A stretch of 64,000 bases of DNA from Candidatus Obscuribacteraceae bacterium (GCA_044226015.1 JBGAHS010000001.1:640001-704000), one strand, 5' to 3'. Counted from the stretch's first letter, positions 40,641 to 49,710 are shown. Numbers and translations are program-made. The notes: generated from the sequence alone by a model not told the origin.

Positions 40641-41987
40641 ATGAGTTCGCCGGTAAATTCAGTCATTACACCGAACATGCAAATTCGTCCCCGCACTTGC
40701 ACGGTCAATGAGCAGGGGCATCTCGAAATTGGCGCCTGTGACTCAGTTCAGCTCGCCGAACAATTCGGTACGCCACTGTGGATAATTGATGAACAAACGG
40801 TGCAAGACAGCGTTCAATCATATAAGGATGGCTTGATTGAATATCCTGACTCACAGGTATTTTATGCCGGTAAAGCTTTTCTATGTCTGGCTATGTGCCA
40901 GCTACTAAAGCAAATGAATCTCGGTCTAGATGTAGTTTCGGAAGGCGAGCTATTTACGGCGTCTCAGGCTGGTTTGCCTGCCGAAAAAATTTGCATGCAT
41001 GGCAATAATAAGTCAGAGTCTGAACTGCGTGCGGGTTTGACTTACGGCGATGTCCTCATCGTAGTAGACAGTCTTCCAGAGCTTGAACTGCTTAATAAGA
41101 TTGCGTCTTCGCTGGCAAAGAAAGCTCGTGTATTGTTTCGCGTGATACCAGGGGTAGAGCCAGATACGCACCAACATATTAAAACCGGACAACACGACAG
41201 TAAGTTTGGAATTCCTCTTTCTGAGATTCCTGAGGCGATTAGAAAGGCTAGAACACTGAGTTCTATCAATCTGCTTGGACTTCATGCGCACATAGGAAGC
41301 CAGGCGCAAGAGCTGCAGCCGTTCCTCGATAACGTCGATGTATTCGCCGAACTTGCTTCGAAACTGAAGCAAGAGCTGAATTTTGAAATAAACATTCTCG
41401 ACCTGGGTGGTGGACTCGGTATCAAATATTCCGAAAAAGACTCTCCCGTGAGCAGTTTTGAGTGGGCGCAATCAATCGTCAGAAGATTGAAGACCTCATT
41501 TACAAATCGCTCTCTCAAGTTGCCTCATTTAATGATTGAGCCCGGACGTTCTATTATCGGAACTGCTGGGGTAACTCTTTATCGGGTGGGTCATTGCAAA
41601 GACAACCCGGCTGGACGCAGGTTTATCGCAGTTGACGGTGGAATGGCTGATAATCCCCGACCCATTACTTATCAGTCAATTTATACGGCATGTTTAGCAA
41701 ATAGAGCGAATGACCCTCCGAGTGTGGATCCGCAGACCATAGTGGGTAAATATTGTGAGTCAGGAGATATAATCATAAAAGAAGCCTTCCTGGCAGCAGA
41801 CTCGGGCGATTTGATAGCCATTTTCGGCACTGGTGCCTACAATTTCAGCATGGCGTCAAATTACAATCGCAGCCCGCGCCCGGCGTGTGTACTCGTGTCT
41901 CATGGCACGGCAGAACTTATTATTGAGCGGGAGAGCAACGAAGATTTAATTCGTAAGGATAGAGTTCCGAACCGTCTGTCTCGCTAA
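40641..41987 (+). CDS. lysA: Diaminopimelate decarboxylase
   Basis: YAGKA (PLP Lys), HGNNKS, HIGSQ, EPGRS, CESGD, GAY..SMASNYN. Confidence 0.96.
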   Translation: MSSPVNSVITPNMQIRPRTCTVNEQGHLEIGACDSVQLAEQFGTPLWIIDEQTVQDSVQSYKDGLIEYPDSQVFYAGKAFLCLAMCQLLKQMNLGLDVVSEGELFTASQAGLPAEKICMHGNNKSESELRAGLTYGDVLIVVDSLPELELLNKIASSLAKKARVLFRVIPGVEPDTHQHIKTGQHDSKFGIPLSEIPEAIRKARTLSSINLLGLHAHIGSQAQELQPFLDNVDVFAELASKLKQELNFEINILDLGGGLGIKYSEKDSPVSSFEWAQSIVRRLKTSFTNRSLKLPHLMIEPGRSIIGTAGVTLYRVGHCKDNPAGRRFIAVDGGMADNPRPITYQSIYTACLANRANDPPSVDPQTIVGKYCESGDIIIKEAFLAADSGDLIAIFGTGAYNFSMASNYNRSPRPACVLVSHGTAELIIERESNEDLIRKDRVPNRLSR

Positions 41988-42019
41988 AACCACAAATCGA
42001 CGCCCTTTCCGAGGAATAA

Positions 42020-43054
42020 ATGGACGACACCTGGCACCAGCTGATGAATAACCTGCAGCTTGCCGGGCATGTTGATGTCTGGGATACAGCGAAAGTCGCT
42101 ATCCAAATTGTCATCATTTTATACGCAATAGTATGGACATGGCGGCGCATTCGTGCGACGCAGGCCGAGCGTCTTGTTAAAGGCATTATGTTGCTGGTCA
42201 CCTTCTGGTTCGCATGCCAGTGGATGGGGCTGACCATCATCACGGCCATTTTGCGTGAGATGATACCAGTTCTTTTAATCGGAGTCGTAATCGTGTTTCA
42301 GCCCGAATTGCGACGGGGGCTTGGTTATCTCGGACGCACTCGCTTCAGGGTTGATTTCTCACTTTCCGACACTCAAAACGAAAAGACCAAAGAAGTTATC
42401 GAGCAGATTATCAAAGCCGTTCGCGAGCTTTCGCGCAACAAAATTGGTGCACTAATTGTGGTGGAACCTCCAGAGGGAGAGCGTGATTACATCAGCCCAG
42501 GCACCACTCTAAATGCCGAAGTTACATCGAGCCTTTTGCTCAGTATTTTTCACACCAGCTCTCCATTGCATGACGGTGCGGTAGTTATAAGACAAACAAA
42601 AATTATCGCTGCTGGTGTTATATTGCCAATGACAGATAGTTTGAAACTTAGTCAGAGGTACGGCACTCGTCATAGGGCCGCACTGGGACTTTCCGAAAAA
42701 TATGATGGACTTTGCATTGTGGCATCGGAAGAGACCGGCGCTATCTCAGCAGCTAACCGCGGCATGCTGGTTCGCTACAATTCAGCCGATGAGCTAGCAG
42801 ATGCGCTTAACTACATGTATCATCAAGTACCTGATGAAAAGCCAGGGGCAACGCAGACCCCGCTGCAATCTTTTCTGCAGTTATTCAATAGAACAAAAAC
42901 GGTTGTACCAAAACCAGCCCCAATTGTTGATCATCCCAGGCGGCGTGCGGGCGATTTCCCACGGGACGATGAACTTGATTCATCCTCGACGGAGCTTGAA
43001 CGCATCAAAACTAATGATGAGTATCTGTCTGAAGGGCACGCAGAAACAGTTTGA
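42020..43054 (+). CDS. cdaA: Diadenylate cyclase
   Basis: Three TM helices, FQPELRR, LHDGA, GTRHRAA, SEETG. Confidence 0.95.
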   Translation: MDDTWHQLMNNLQLAGHVDVWDTAKVAIQIVIILYAIVWTWRRIRATQAERLVKGIMLLVTFWFACQWMGLTIITAILREMIPVLLIGVVIVFQPELRRGLGYLGRTRFRVDFSLSDTQNEKTKEVIEQIIKAVRELSRNKIGALIVVEPPEGERDYISPGTTLNAEVTSSLLLSIFHTSSPLHDGAVVIRQTKIIAAGVILPMTDSLKLSQRYGTRHRAALGLSEKYDGLCIVASEETGAISAANRGMLVRYNSADELADALNYMYHQVPDEKPGATQTPLQSFLQLFNRTKTVVPKPAPIVDHPRRRAGDFPRDDELDSSSTELERIKTNDEYLSEGHAETV

Positions 43055-43057
43055 TTC

Positions 43058-45076
43058 ATGAGCGAACCTCTTGCCGATAATGAGCATCAGAACTCGACTC
43101 CATCTGCCAATCATGCTGACCTGGGCGTAGAGCTTGAAGCTGATTCTTGCCAGCAGGATCCTTCCGCCAAGCTCAACTCCGAGAGTCCGTCAGAATCTAG
43201 ATTTATTCAGCGGGAAATAAAGTCTTTTAGCGATGTCGTTGAGATGACATTGAAAATTCCGCGCGTCATTGCGCTGGTTTGGGAAGCGCACCCTCATCTT
43301 GCCTTGGTTTTTGTAGTTGACCAGATAATTTCTGGTTTGGCACCTCTGGCTTCTGTTTGGGTGCTTAAAACTCTGGTCGATACAGTTCCCTTGTTTGTAA
43401 AAATACATGGAGTTTCTAATGGTGTCGCATTTGGTGCAGTGCCAGGGAATTTAATCCTAGCTTTGCTTGTGCTCGCATTGTCCTGGCTTGCCCAAGAAGT
43501 TTCCAGACCCATCACGCATTATTGTCAGGAACAAATCAATGACGAACTGACAAAACGAATCAATTTCAAGATTATGGATAAGGTAAACAGTCTAATTGAT
43601 ATCAGTATTCTTGAAAATCCGAAATTTTACGACAAGCTTCAATACCTACAGAATGACTTAGCTTATAGACCTATTCAACTGCTTTCTGTGATGTCTCAAT
43701 TTATCAGAGTGATTATTATAGTTCTTACTTTGGGGACTCTTCTTGCAGCACTAAGCCCCTGGCTTGTTCTAGTGTTAGTCGTTTTTATCGCACCTAAGGT
43801 AGTTTGGTCTCTCAAGCACCTCTACGAATTCTGGGAAGTTTTGAACGGTGATGTTCCAGACCTTCGAAAAATGCGCTACTACATGAGTGTGGTCACCAAC
43901 AATCTTGATGGTAAAGAAGTGCGGCTGCTTGGGCTTGGCGAGTACTTCAAAAAGCTTTATGACGAGACCTTTAGCGAATTTCAGCACCGACGCAGTTCTA
44001 TGCGTAAGAGGCATCTTCGGCGAGATTTTTTTCTGGGCATCTGTGCCGCGTTCGGCTCGATGATTGGTTATGGTTATACCGTGTTTTGCGCGTTAGCTGG
44101 ACAGATTTCTGTTGGCAGCATGGCTATGTATTTGGGCACTATAGTCCAGATGGAGCAGCAGTTGATGGAGCTAGCCTTTGTTGTGGCTGAGCTTTACAGG
44201 CACACGCTATACGTGAGCGAGCTTTTCGATTTCCTTGATTTGGAACCTGTGATACCAGTTCCGGTGGCTGAGAATTGTGTTCCGGTACCTGAGAAAATCA
44301 CTAGCGGAATTGAATTCAAAGATGTCTACTTTAAATATCCGGGCTGCGAACGATATGTGCTTGAGGGCGTTTCATTCACTATTGCTCCCAGTCAGACTGT
44401 TGCGATAGTAGGCGAAAACGGCGCAGGCAAAACAACTATAGTCAAATTACTTTCACGATTATACGACCCGACTGCGGGCGCGATTCTTGTTGACGGCATC
44501 GATATTCGCAAGTTGAACCCAGCGGAATGGAGAAGCCGAATGGCTGTGGTATTCCAAGATTACTGCAAATATCAAATGACGCTGCAGCAAAACATAGGGG
44601 TAGGCCAGGTTGAAAAATCCAATGACTTACTTGCTATAGAACATTCCGCTGAGAGAGGAGGGGCTGCAAGTATTGCTAAAAAGTTTGAGCAAGGCTATAG
44701 CACTATGCTTGGAAAAGCCTTTGAGAAGGAGTCTGTGGGTGTTGAACTTTCTGGAGGCGAATGGCAACGCGTTGCTTTGTCTCGTGCGTTTATGCGAACG
44801 GCTGGACCCGATCGTGCTCATCTACTGATTCTTGATGAGCCGTCAGCATCGCTTGATGTTCAATCGGAAACGCAAACTTACTTGCGCTTCCATGAGCTGA
44901 TTGCAGATACTATGGGCATACTCATAACGCATCGTTTCTCTACAATAAAAATCGCCGACAAAATTATTGTTTTAGAGAATGGTAAGGTCATCGAAGAAGG
45001 TACGCACAATGAACTTACTGCCAGCGATACTCATTATGCAAGGCTCTTTGATATGCAAGCGAAGCACTATCGTTAG
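43058..45076 (+). CDS. ABC exporter, fused permease/ATPase
   Basis: TM domain; GENGAGKTT, LSGGEWQR, LILDEP, THR. Confidence 0.93.
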   Translation: MSEPLADNEHQNSTPSANHADLGVELEADSCQQDPSAKLNSESPSESRFIQREIKSFSDVVEMTLKIPRVIALVWEAHPHLALVFVVDQIISGLAPLASVWVLKTLVDTVPLFVKIHGVSNGVAFGAVPGNLILALLVLALSWLAQEVSRPITHYCQEQINDELTKRINFKIMDKVNSLIDISILENPKFYDKLQYLQNDLAYRPIQLLSVMSQFIRVIIIVLTLGTLLAALSPWLVLVLVVFIAPKVVWSLKHLYEFWEVLNGDVPDLRKMRYYMSVVTNNLDGKEVRLLGLGEYFKKLYDETFSEFQHRRSSMRKRHLRRDFFLGICAAFGSMIGYGYTVFCALAGQISVGSMAMYLGTIVQMEQQLMELAFVVAELYRHTLYVSELFDFLDLEPVIPVPVAENCVPVPEKITSGIEFKDVYFKYPGCERYVLEGVSFTIAPSQTVAIVGENGAGKTTIVKLLSRLYDPTAGAILVDGIDIRKLNPAEWRSRMAVVFQDYCKYQMTLQQNIGVGQVEKSNDLLAIEHSAERGGAASIAKKFEQGYSTMLGKAFEKESVGVELSGGEWQRVALSRAFMRTAGPDRAHLLILDEPSASLDVQSETQTYLRFHELIADTMGILITHRFSTIKIADKIIVLENGKVIEEGTHNELTASDTHYARLFDMQAKHYR

Positions 45077-45297
45077 AGCTTGCCGCCTGCCATTTATTTT
45101 GCCTATTAGCTTCTCCCGTCGAACGCCTGATTGAAAATGATGAGAGCGGCTCTTCGACCTGAAAGCTCACTTGCAATCAATATAAATGTATCGATGTGAA
45201 TTCTTGTTCGTTCTTTGTCTGTTTACATTCTTAAGACAAGCAACCGAGTAATAGTGCAGCAAAGCGGCTCTTGATAAGCCTTTTCGGTGCTAGTGCG

Positions 45298-45323
45298 GGA
45301 ACCAGTCTGGGGTCGTTCCGTCA
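45298..45323 (+). promoter_or_regulatory. ECF-type promoter P1 (GGAAC-N17-GTCA)
   Basis: Exact spacing; about 90 bp upstream of the 45412 ATG. Confidence 0.65.
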
Positions 45324-45411
45324 GACTTTCCATTCGTACAAAAATGCCGTTGCCTGAACTGAAAAAAAACTGGTTCGCACGTGCTCAGATCCCTGTTACG
45401 AAGGAGGTTTT

Positions 45412-45798
45412 ATGATCGAAGTCGAAAAAGAACGTGTTGAACAGCCAATCGTTGTGCAACCAGATAGCAGTTCCGCTGTGGGTGTCGTAGTCTTTTTAGT
45501 CCTTGCAATTGTCCTCTCGCTGGTGATTGCATTTTCGCTCGGTAGTAACAACTCGTCTACAGTTGTAGCGCCTACACCGACAACACAATACGTGCCAATT
45601 CAGGGACCAGCCGGACCACCAGGACCTCAGGGTCCAAGTGGACCTCAGGGCACGTCCACAACTTTTAGCGCACCGGCTCCAGTAAGTACACCGACACCAG
45701 CGCCGGTGGCTTCGCCTGCACCAAGCCCTGTTGATAATTCAGTAAACACGGATTCGAGTGGTTCAACTACAACCACAACCGAAACCACACAACAGTAA
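45412..45798 (+). CDS. Small single-TM protein with short collagen-like GXY run and Pro/Thr/Ser-rich tail
   Basis: AAGGAGG RBS; TM helix; GPAGPPGPQGPSGPQG. Confidence 0.85.
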   Translation: MIEVEKERVEQPIVVQPDSSSAVGVVVFLVLAIVLSLVIAFSLGSNNSSTVVAPTPTTQYVPIQGPAGPPGPQGPSGPQGTSTTFSAPAPVSTPTPAPVASPAPSPVDNSVNTDSSGSTTTTTETTQQ

Positions 45799-45808
45799 GT
45801 TTTCTTTG

Positions 45809-45834
45809 GGAACCAAAATTGATTTCCTCAGTCT
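45809..45834 (+). promoter_or_regulatory. ECF-type promoter P2 (GGAAC-N17-GTCT)
   Basis: gggaaccaaaattgatttcctcagtcttgt. Confidence 0.65.
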
Positions 45835-45839
45835 TGTTT

Positions 45840-45920
45840 CCCAGATGATGAAACCTGGCAGATCATCAAATGTTTTGGAAAGAAAGGAGCAGCCGTCGAA
45901 AGCGGCTGCTCTATATATTT
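45840..45920 (+). ncRNA. Candidate small RNA 1 (P2 to GC-rich hairpin)
   Basis: About 75 nt between P2 and the hairpin gagcagccg/cggctgctc (45887-45911); no RBS-led ORF. Confidence 0.4.
45887..45920. terminator. GC-rich hairpin terminator, possibly bidirectional
   Basis: 9-bp stem gagcagccg/cggctgctc; A-rich left flank, AT-rich right flank. Confidence 0.7.
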
Positions 45921-46009
45921 GAGTTTGTGAATCTTCTTGCAGACACATACTTGCTCACAAAGATCCAAGATACCGAAGAAGTAGTTTGTCTCTGTTGGGA
46001 ATTGTTCTG

Positions 46010-46035
46010 GGAACCAAATCCATCCGGTTCAGTCT
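46010..46035 (+). promoter_or_regulatory. ECF-type promoter P3 (GGAAC-N17-GTCT)
   Basis: gggaaccaaatccatccggttcagtcttgt; flanks shared with P2. Confidence 0.65.
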
Positions 46036-46040
46036 TGTCT

Positions 46041-46114
46041 TTCGGAAGAAGGACAAGTAAAAAGTAGTGAACTGAGAGAGCGCGTTGAATCATGGATTCA
46101 CGCGCTCTTTTGTT
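46041..46114 (+). ncRNA. Candidate small RNA 2 (P3 to terminator)
   Basis: About 70 nt; A/G-rich 5' part followed by a terminator. Confidence 0.45.
46077..46114 (+). terminator. Rho-independent terminator
   Basis: agagcgcg-t-tgaatc-atg-gattca-cgcgctct followed by tttgtt. Confidence 0.8.
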
Positions 46115-46194
46115 GCCTATTTGTTGCTCAAATGGCGAACCTTCATGCACAGTTATCTGTCGGCAACTATATGGTGGCAGCCCTATATTTTGAT

Positions 46195-46220
46195 GGAACA
46201 CACGAATTCATTGCCAGTCT
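46195..46220 (+). promoter_or_regulatory. ECF-type promoter P4 (GGAAC-N17-GTCT)
   Basis: ggaacacacgaattcattgccagtct, 28 bp upstream of the 46248 ATG. Confidence 0.65.
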
Positions 46221-46247
46221 CACGTTGCAGGAAAAAGAGAATATGCA

Positions 46248-46451
46248 ATGAAAGAAGTAATCCTAACGCTATTATTTATGGTTCTGCTTGCGGGCATTTA
46301 TTTGGGTGGACCGGTCTCACAATCGATGTTTCATTTTCTTGTGGTTATGACCTTGATTCAGATATTTACGGGAGGCTCAAATCTAAAGCCTGACTCAGGT
46401 TCTGTTCACACCGGTCACGTTCATCCTGCTCACGTTCACCCCAGCTCGTAA
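46248..46451 (+). CDS. Small two-TM protein with His-rich tail
   Basis: 67 aa; two hydrophobic helices; HTGHVHPAHVHP; lies directly behind P4. Confidence 0.65.
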   Translation: MKEVILTLLFMVLLAGIYLGGPVSQSMFHFLVVMTLIQIFTGGSNLKPDSGSVHTGHVHPAHVHPSS

Positions 46452-46472
46452 TTCTGTGAGAATGCCGCAGAA

Positions 46473-47642
46473 TCAGGATATTGAGTCCGAGTTTCTGCAC
46501 AATTGCAAAATTGTGTCTGCGATCGAGTAGACGGCGTCGACACGATCCAAATTATGATCCGAAGGCAGCGGTTTACTTAGTCGATCGCTGACCAATTCCA
46601 GATTCTCAACAATATGTACAATGTCCGATGGCTTGCGGATGCCTTGCGCGAGCCCAGTTTCGATAAGCATGGTGGCTGTGCCCGACTCTTGCGGCATTGG
46701 TTTGGTTACTAGATCAATAGCCATAGGCATTCGTCGCGCGATGGCTTCAAACGTTGTAAGCCCACCTGCTTTTGTGACCAAGAGATCGCAGGCTGTCATT
46801 ACTTCAGGCATAGAACTTACATACTTCAAAACCACTGTTTTGAAAGGGGATTTGAGCTTTTCCTGATCCATTTTTTGCTTCAATTTCATGTTCTTGCCGC
46901 AAATAAACAGAACCTGAAATTCTCTCTTGCATTCTGCCAACGATTTGTAAATCTTCAGCATATTGCCACCACCGGCAGAACCAGCACTTACAACAACCGT
47001 TGGTAGGTCGGGGTTCAACCGGTATTCACGCAAGAAATCGCGTTTCGATACAACTGGTTCTTTTATGAATGCTGGCTGAATAGGCATTCCAATTACTTGA
47101 ATTTTCTCTGGACTCAAGCCTAGTGAAACCAGCTTGTTGAATGTTATATCGTTCGGCGCTATTGTCAGATCGGCATCAGGACAGGCCCAGCCAGTCCACA
47201 AATTTGCGTTGGGATCGGTTAGAACCGTGAGAAGTTTAACCCGTCGACTCATGCCCAGTTCTTTCATGGCTCGAGCAAGAAAGTGATTAACCATAGGATG
47301 CACTGAAACAACAATGGTTGGTTCTATCGAACTCAACTTCTTTTTCATGTAAGAAGCTGCCAGTTTGTAAGCTATGGCGTTTTCATTTGGCTTTACAAGT
47401 TCGATCAGGGTGATGTAGTACTTCATCCATTCTTGCTTGTTTTTGAGCAGACCATTATAGACCTTTGCAAACAGTCGATTAATTGAGTTGCTCTCCTCGA
47501 CCAGATCTTCGAGGATGATATCTGGCACAAGTTCATTGCGCTCTTCGCAAATTTCGTGAATAGCGCGACGGAGTGCTTCTGCAGCACTGCGATGACCTGC
47601 ACCAGTATCTGAGAAAACTAAAAGTACTTTCGCTTTTTCCAT
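46473..47642 (-). CDS. GT28 glycosyltransferase, MGDG synthase/UgtP-like
   Basis: DTGAGHRSAAEA, SVHP, LTD, GMPI, CGKN, TKAGGLT..EA, QE.G. Confidence 0.9.
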   Translation of the reverse strand: MEKAKVLLVFSDTGAGHRSAAEALRRAIHEICEERNELVPDIILEDLVEESNSINRLFAKVYNGLLKNKQEWMKYYITLIELVKPNENAIAYKLAASYMKKKLSSIEPTIVVSVHPMVNHFLARAMKELGMSRRVKLLTVLTDPNANLWTGWACPDADLTIAPNDITFNKLVSLGLSPEKIQVIGMPIQPAFIKEPVVSKRDFLREYRLNPDLPTVVVSAGSAGGGNMLKIYKSLAECKREFQVLFICGKNMKLKQKMDQEKLKSPFKTVVLKYVSSMPEVMTACDLLVTKAGGLTTFEAIARRMPMAIDLVTKPMPQESGTATMLIETGLAQGIRKPSDIVHIVENLELVSDRLSKPLPSDHNLDRVDAVYSIADTILQLCRNSDSIS

Positions 47643-47737
47643 AAGCTATTCTTCTCACAATTCAATGCAAGAATATCATGGTCTGAAACTTCGCGGAACT
47701 TTTCTTTTTGCTCATGATCGCCACTGGAGGCTGCTCG

Positions 47738-48508
47738 ATGTCAATTCTAAATCTGGTCGGTGTACAGCTCGATATTGCCTGGGAAAATAAAGAGCAAAAC
47801 AGAAAGAGGCTAGTTGAACTTCTTGTAGCAGCAAAGCCTGCAGCGGATAGCTTGATCGTCCTGCCTGAACTCTTCGAAACCGGCTTCAGCATGAATTCGC
47901 TGTTGGCTTCGTCAGAGCTTAGTATGTCCAAAAAGTTTCTCTGCGAAACATCGAAGCGATTTTCTTGTTCAATTCTTGCTGGGCTTGCTGTGCGCGATAT
48001 AGACGGGCGGGTGGAGAACTCTGCGATCCTATTTGATGAAATGGGCGTAGAAAAAGGAAGCTATAGCAAAATGCATTTGTTTTCATTTGCAACTGAGAAT
48101 GAGCATTACATCCCGGGGGCAAAGCTAGTTAATTTCAATGTTTCTGGCTTCGAGCTTGCTCCTTCCATCTGCTACGATCTGCGCTTTCCTGAACTTTATC
48201 GTAAGCAAGTAGCGGCGGGTGCTGAATTATTTGTAGTGATTGCAAACTGGCCGACCCAGCGGGTCGAGCATTGGAAGGCACTTTTGAAGGCTCGAGCCAT
48301 TGAGAATCAAGCATTCGTATTTGCTGTAAATCGTGCTGGCAAAGATCCCGCAAATAGTTATCCCGGCAGCAGCATGCTCCTTGACCCCTACGGAAATATT
48401 CTGATAGACGCGGGCTCCGAAGAATGCGTTATCCAACATTCTATCGACAGAAGTAAGCTAGTTGAATATAGAAAATCTTTTCCAGTTCTAAATGATTTGC
48501 GCCTTTAG
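47738..48508 (+). CDS. Carbon-nitrogen (nitrilase-family) hydrolase
   Basis: LPELF, YSKMHLF, ICYDLRFPE catalytic triad, ARAIEN; ATG 47738 with GGAGG RBS. Confidence 0.93.
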   Translation: MSILNLVGVQLDIAWENKEQNRKRLVELLVAAKPAADSLIVLPELFETGFSMNSLLASSELSMSKKFLCETSKRFSCSILAGLAVRDIDGRVENSAILFDEMGVEKGSYSKMHLFSFATENEHYIPGAKLVNFNVSGFELAPSICYDLRFPELYRKQVAAGAELFVVIANWPTQRVEHWKALLKARAIENQAFVFAVNRAGKDPANSYPGSSMLLDPYGNILIDAGSEECVIQHSIDRSKLVEYRKSFPVLNDLRL

Positions 48509-48510
48509 TG

Positions 48511-48538
48511 GAAACTTTTCGTAGAAAGGTTCGCCTAA
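48511..48538 (+). promoter_or_regulatory. Degenerate ECF-type promoter (GAAAC-N17-GCCTAA)
   Basis: Same spacing as P1-P4 with two mismatches; upstream of the exported TPR gene. Confidence 0.35.
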
Positions 48539-48588
48539 GCCAGCACACAAATGTTCTGTGCTGCACGCACTAAATTGGAGGGATAGTC

Positions 48589-49647
48589 ATGAAAGGGAAT
48601 CAATTCGCGAAGTACGCTCGCGTGTTCTGCCAGGCATTAGCCGTCGGCGTAGTGCTGCAAGCGTTATCTTTGCCAATCGCAAATGCACAGGCAATTGAAG
48701 TGCATAAGGCTTATATCAGCTCAGTGCCAAATCCTATTCGTTTTGCGGGTGACGAAGTTTTCGCCATTCGCACTCCTGCTGGTGAGTTTACCGCAGAAGA
48801 GCGCACCATGATTGTAGAGAGAAATCTCAACAACGCCCTGCTTGGTGCAAAGGATCGGTCGCCCAATGCCGTTTCCGTCGAAATTGTGAATAGCTTGCCA
48901 GTAATAAGATTGGATGGCAAGCATGTTGTCACTATTGATACAGTTCTGGCTTCGGTAAACAATACAACTTGCGACAACCTTGCGTTTAAGTGGGCAGACA
49001 ATCTTCGTCACGTGCTTGCTGACACAGCTAAGGTAGACAATTATATTGCCCAAATGGATGGTGACTTCCTGGCAGCACCGTATACGCCACCAGCGTGGCG
49101 CGAACAATGGCAGGCTGCTCGATTGAATCATGCAGCCAATGCTTATCGTCGCGATATGCCACGGAATGGTTTCGTTTCCCAACTGGCGCTGAAAGACGAA
49201 GGCTTCCGTCTATTGATGAAGCGCGACCCTATCGGAGCCGAAGCTTTCTTCAAGACAGCGCTAAGCACAAACGGTGACAACGAACGTGCACGTTATGGAT
49301 TGGGTCTTGCTTTATTGAAGCAAGGAAAACCCCAGACAGCTTTGATGCATTTGCAAATGGCCAGTTACCTTGAGCCAGATGATGCGCAAGTTCACATGGC
49401 CATGGGTGAAGCTTTTGAAGCCCTTGGTCATGATCAAGATGCCATTGTTGCATATAAAAAAGCAAGCGAATTGAGCCCAGAAAATCCTGAGCCGGCTTTG
49501 TACGTAGCCGATATGAGAGAAGAACGTGATCAGATCAAGCGATCATCAATTGAGCTTTCCCGTGCACAACTTGAGTGCGCAGACAGCCATTACCTGAAAA
49601 TTCGCAAGAAAGACCAGGTAGCATGGCGCTTGTCTAAACCATATTAA
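48589..49647 (+). CDS. Exported TPR-repeat protein
   Basis: GGAGG RBS; signal peptide ending ANA-Q; C-terminal TPRs. Confidence 0.85.
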   Translation: MKGNQFAKYARVFCQALAVGVVLQALSLPIANAQAIEVHKAYISSVPNPIRFAGDEVFAIRTPAGEFTAEERTMIVERNLNNALLGAKDRSPNAVSVEIVNSLPVIRLDGKHVVTIDTVLASVNNTTCDNLAFKWADNLRHVLADTAKVDNYIAQMDGDFLAAPYTPPAWREQWQAARLNHAANAYRRDMPRNGFVSQLALKDEGFRLLMKRDPIGAEAFFKTALSTNGDNERARYGLGLALLKQGKPQTALMHLQMASYLEPDDAQVHMAMGEAFEALGHDQDAIVAYKKASELSPENPEPALYVADMREERDQIKRSSIELSRAQLECADSHYLKIRKKDQVAWRLSKPY

Positions 49648-49661
49648 CGGCGCAGAACATA

Positions 49662-49692
49662 GTAGCTTCACCGACCAGTTCTGTGAAGCTAC
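49662..49692. terminator. Hairpin downstream of the TPR gene
   Basis: Perfect 10-bp stem gtagcttcac/gtgaagctac. Confidence 0.55.
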
Positions 49693-49710
49693 GAAAATTG
49701 TTCCCCAGTG

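Noticed and set aside
45290..45340. c-di-AMP (ydaO) riboswitch, suggested by GGAACC..TGGGG..CCGTCAG near cdaA
   Set aside because: The elements are far too close together and other consensus parts are missing. The motif is better explained as GGAAC-N17-GTC, which recurs three more times.
45800..46230. CRISPR array from the repeated gggaaccaaa...tcagtcttgt
   Set aside because: Only partial repeats about 200 bp apart with variable interiors, and no cas genes.
45870..46393. ORFs 45870..46067, 45911..46201 and 46085..46393
   Set aside because: No RBS, they run through terminator hairpins and promoter motifs, and they have no recognisable composition.
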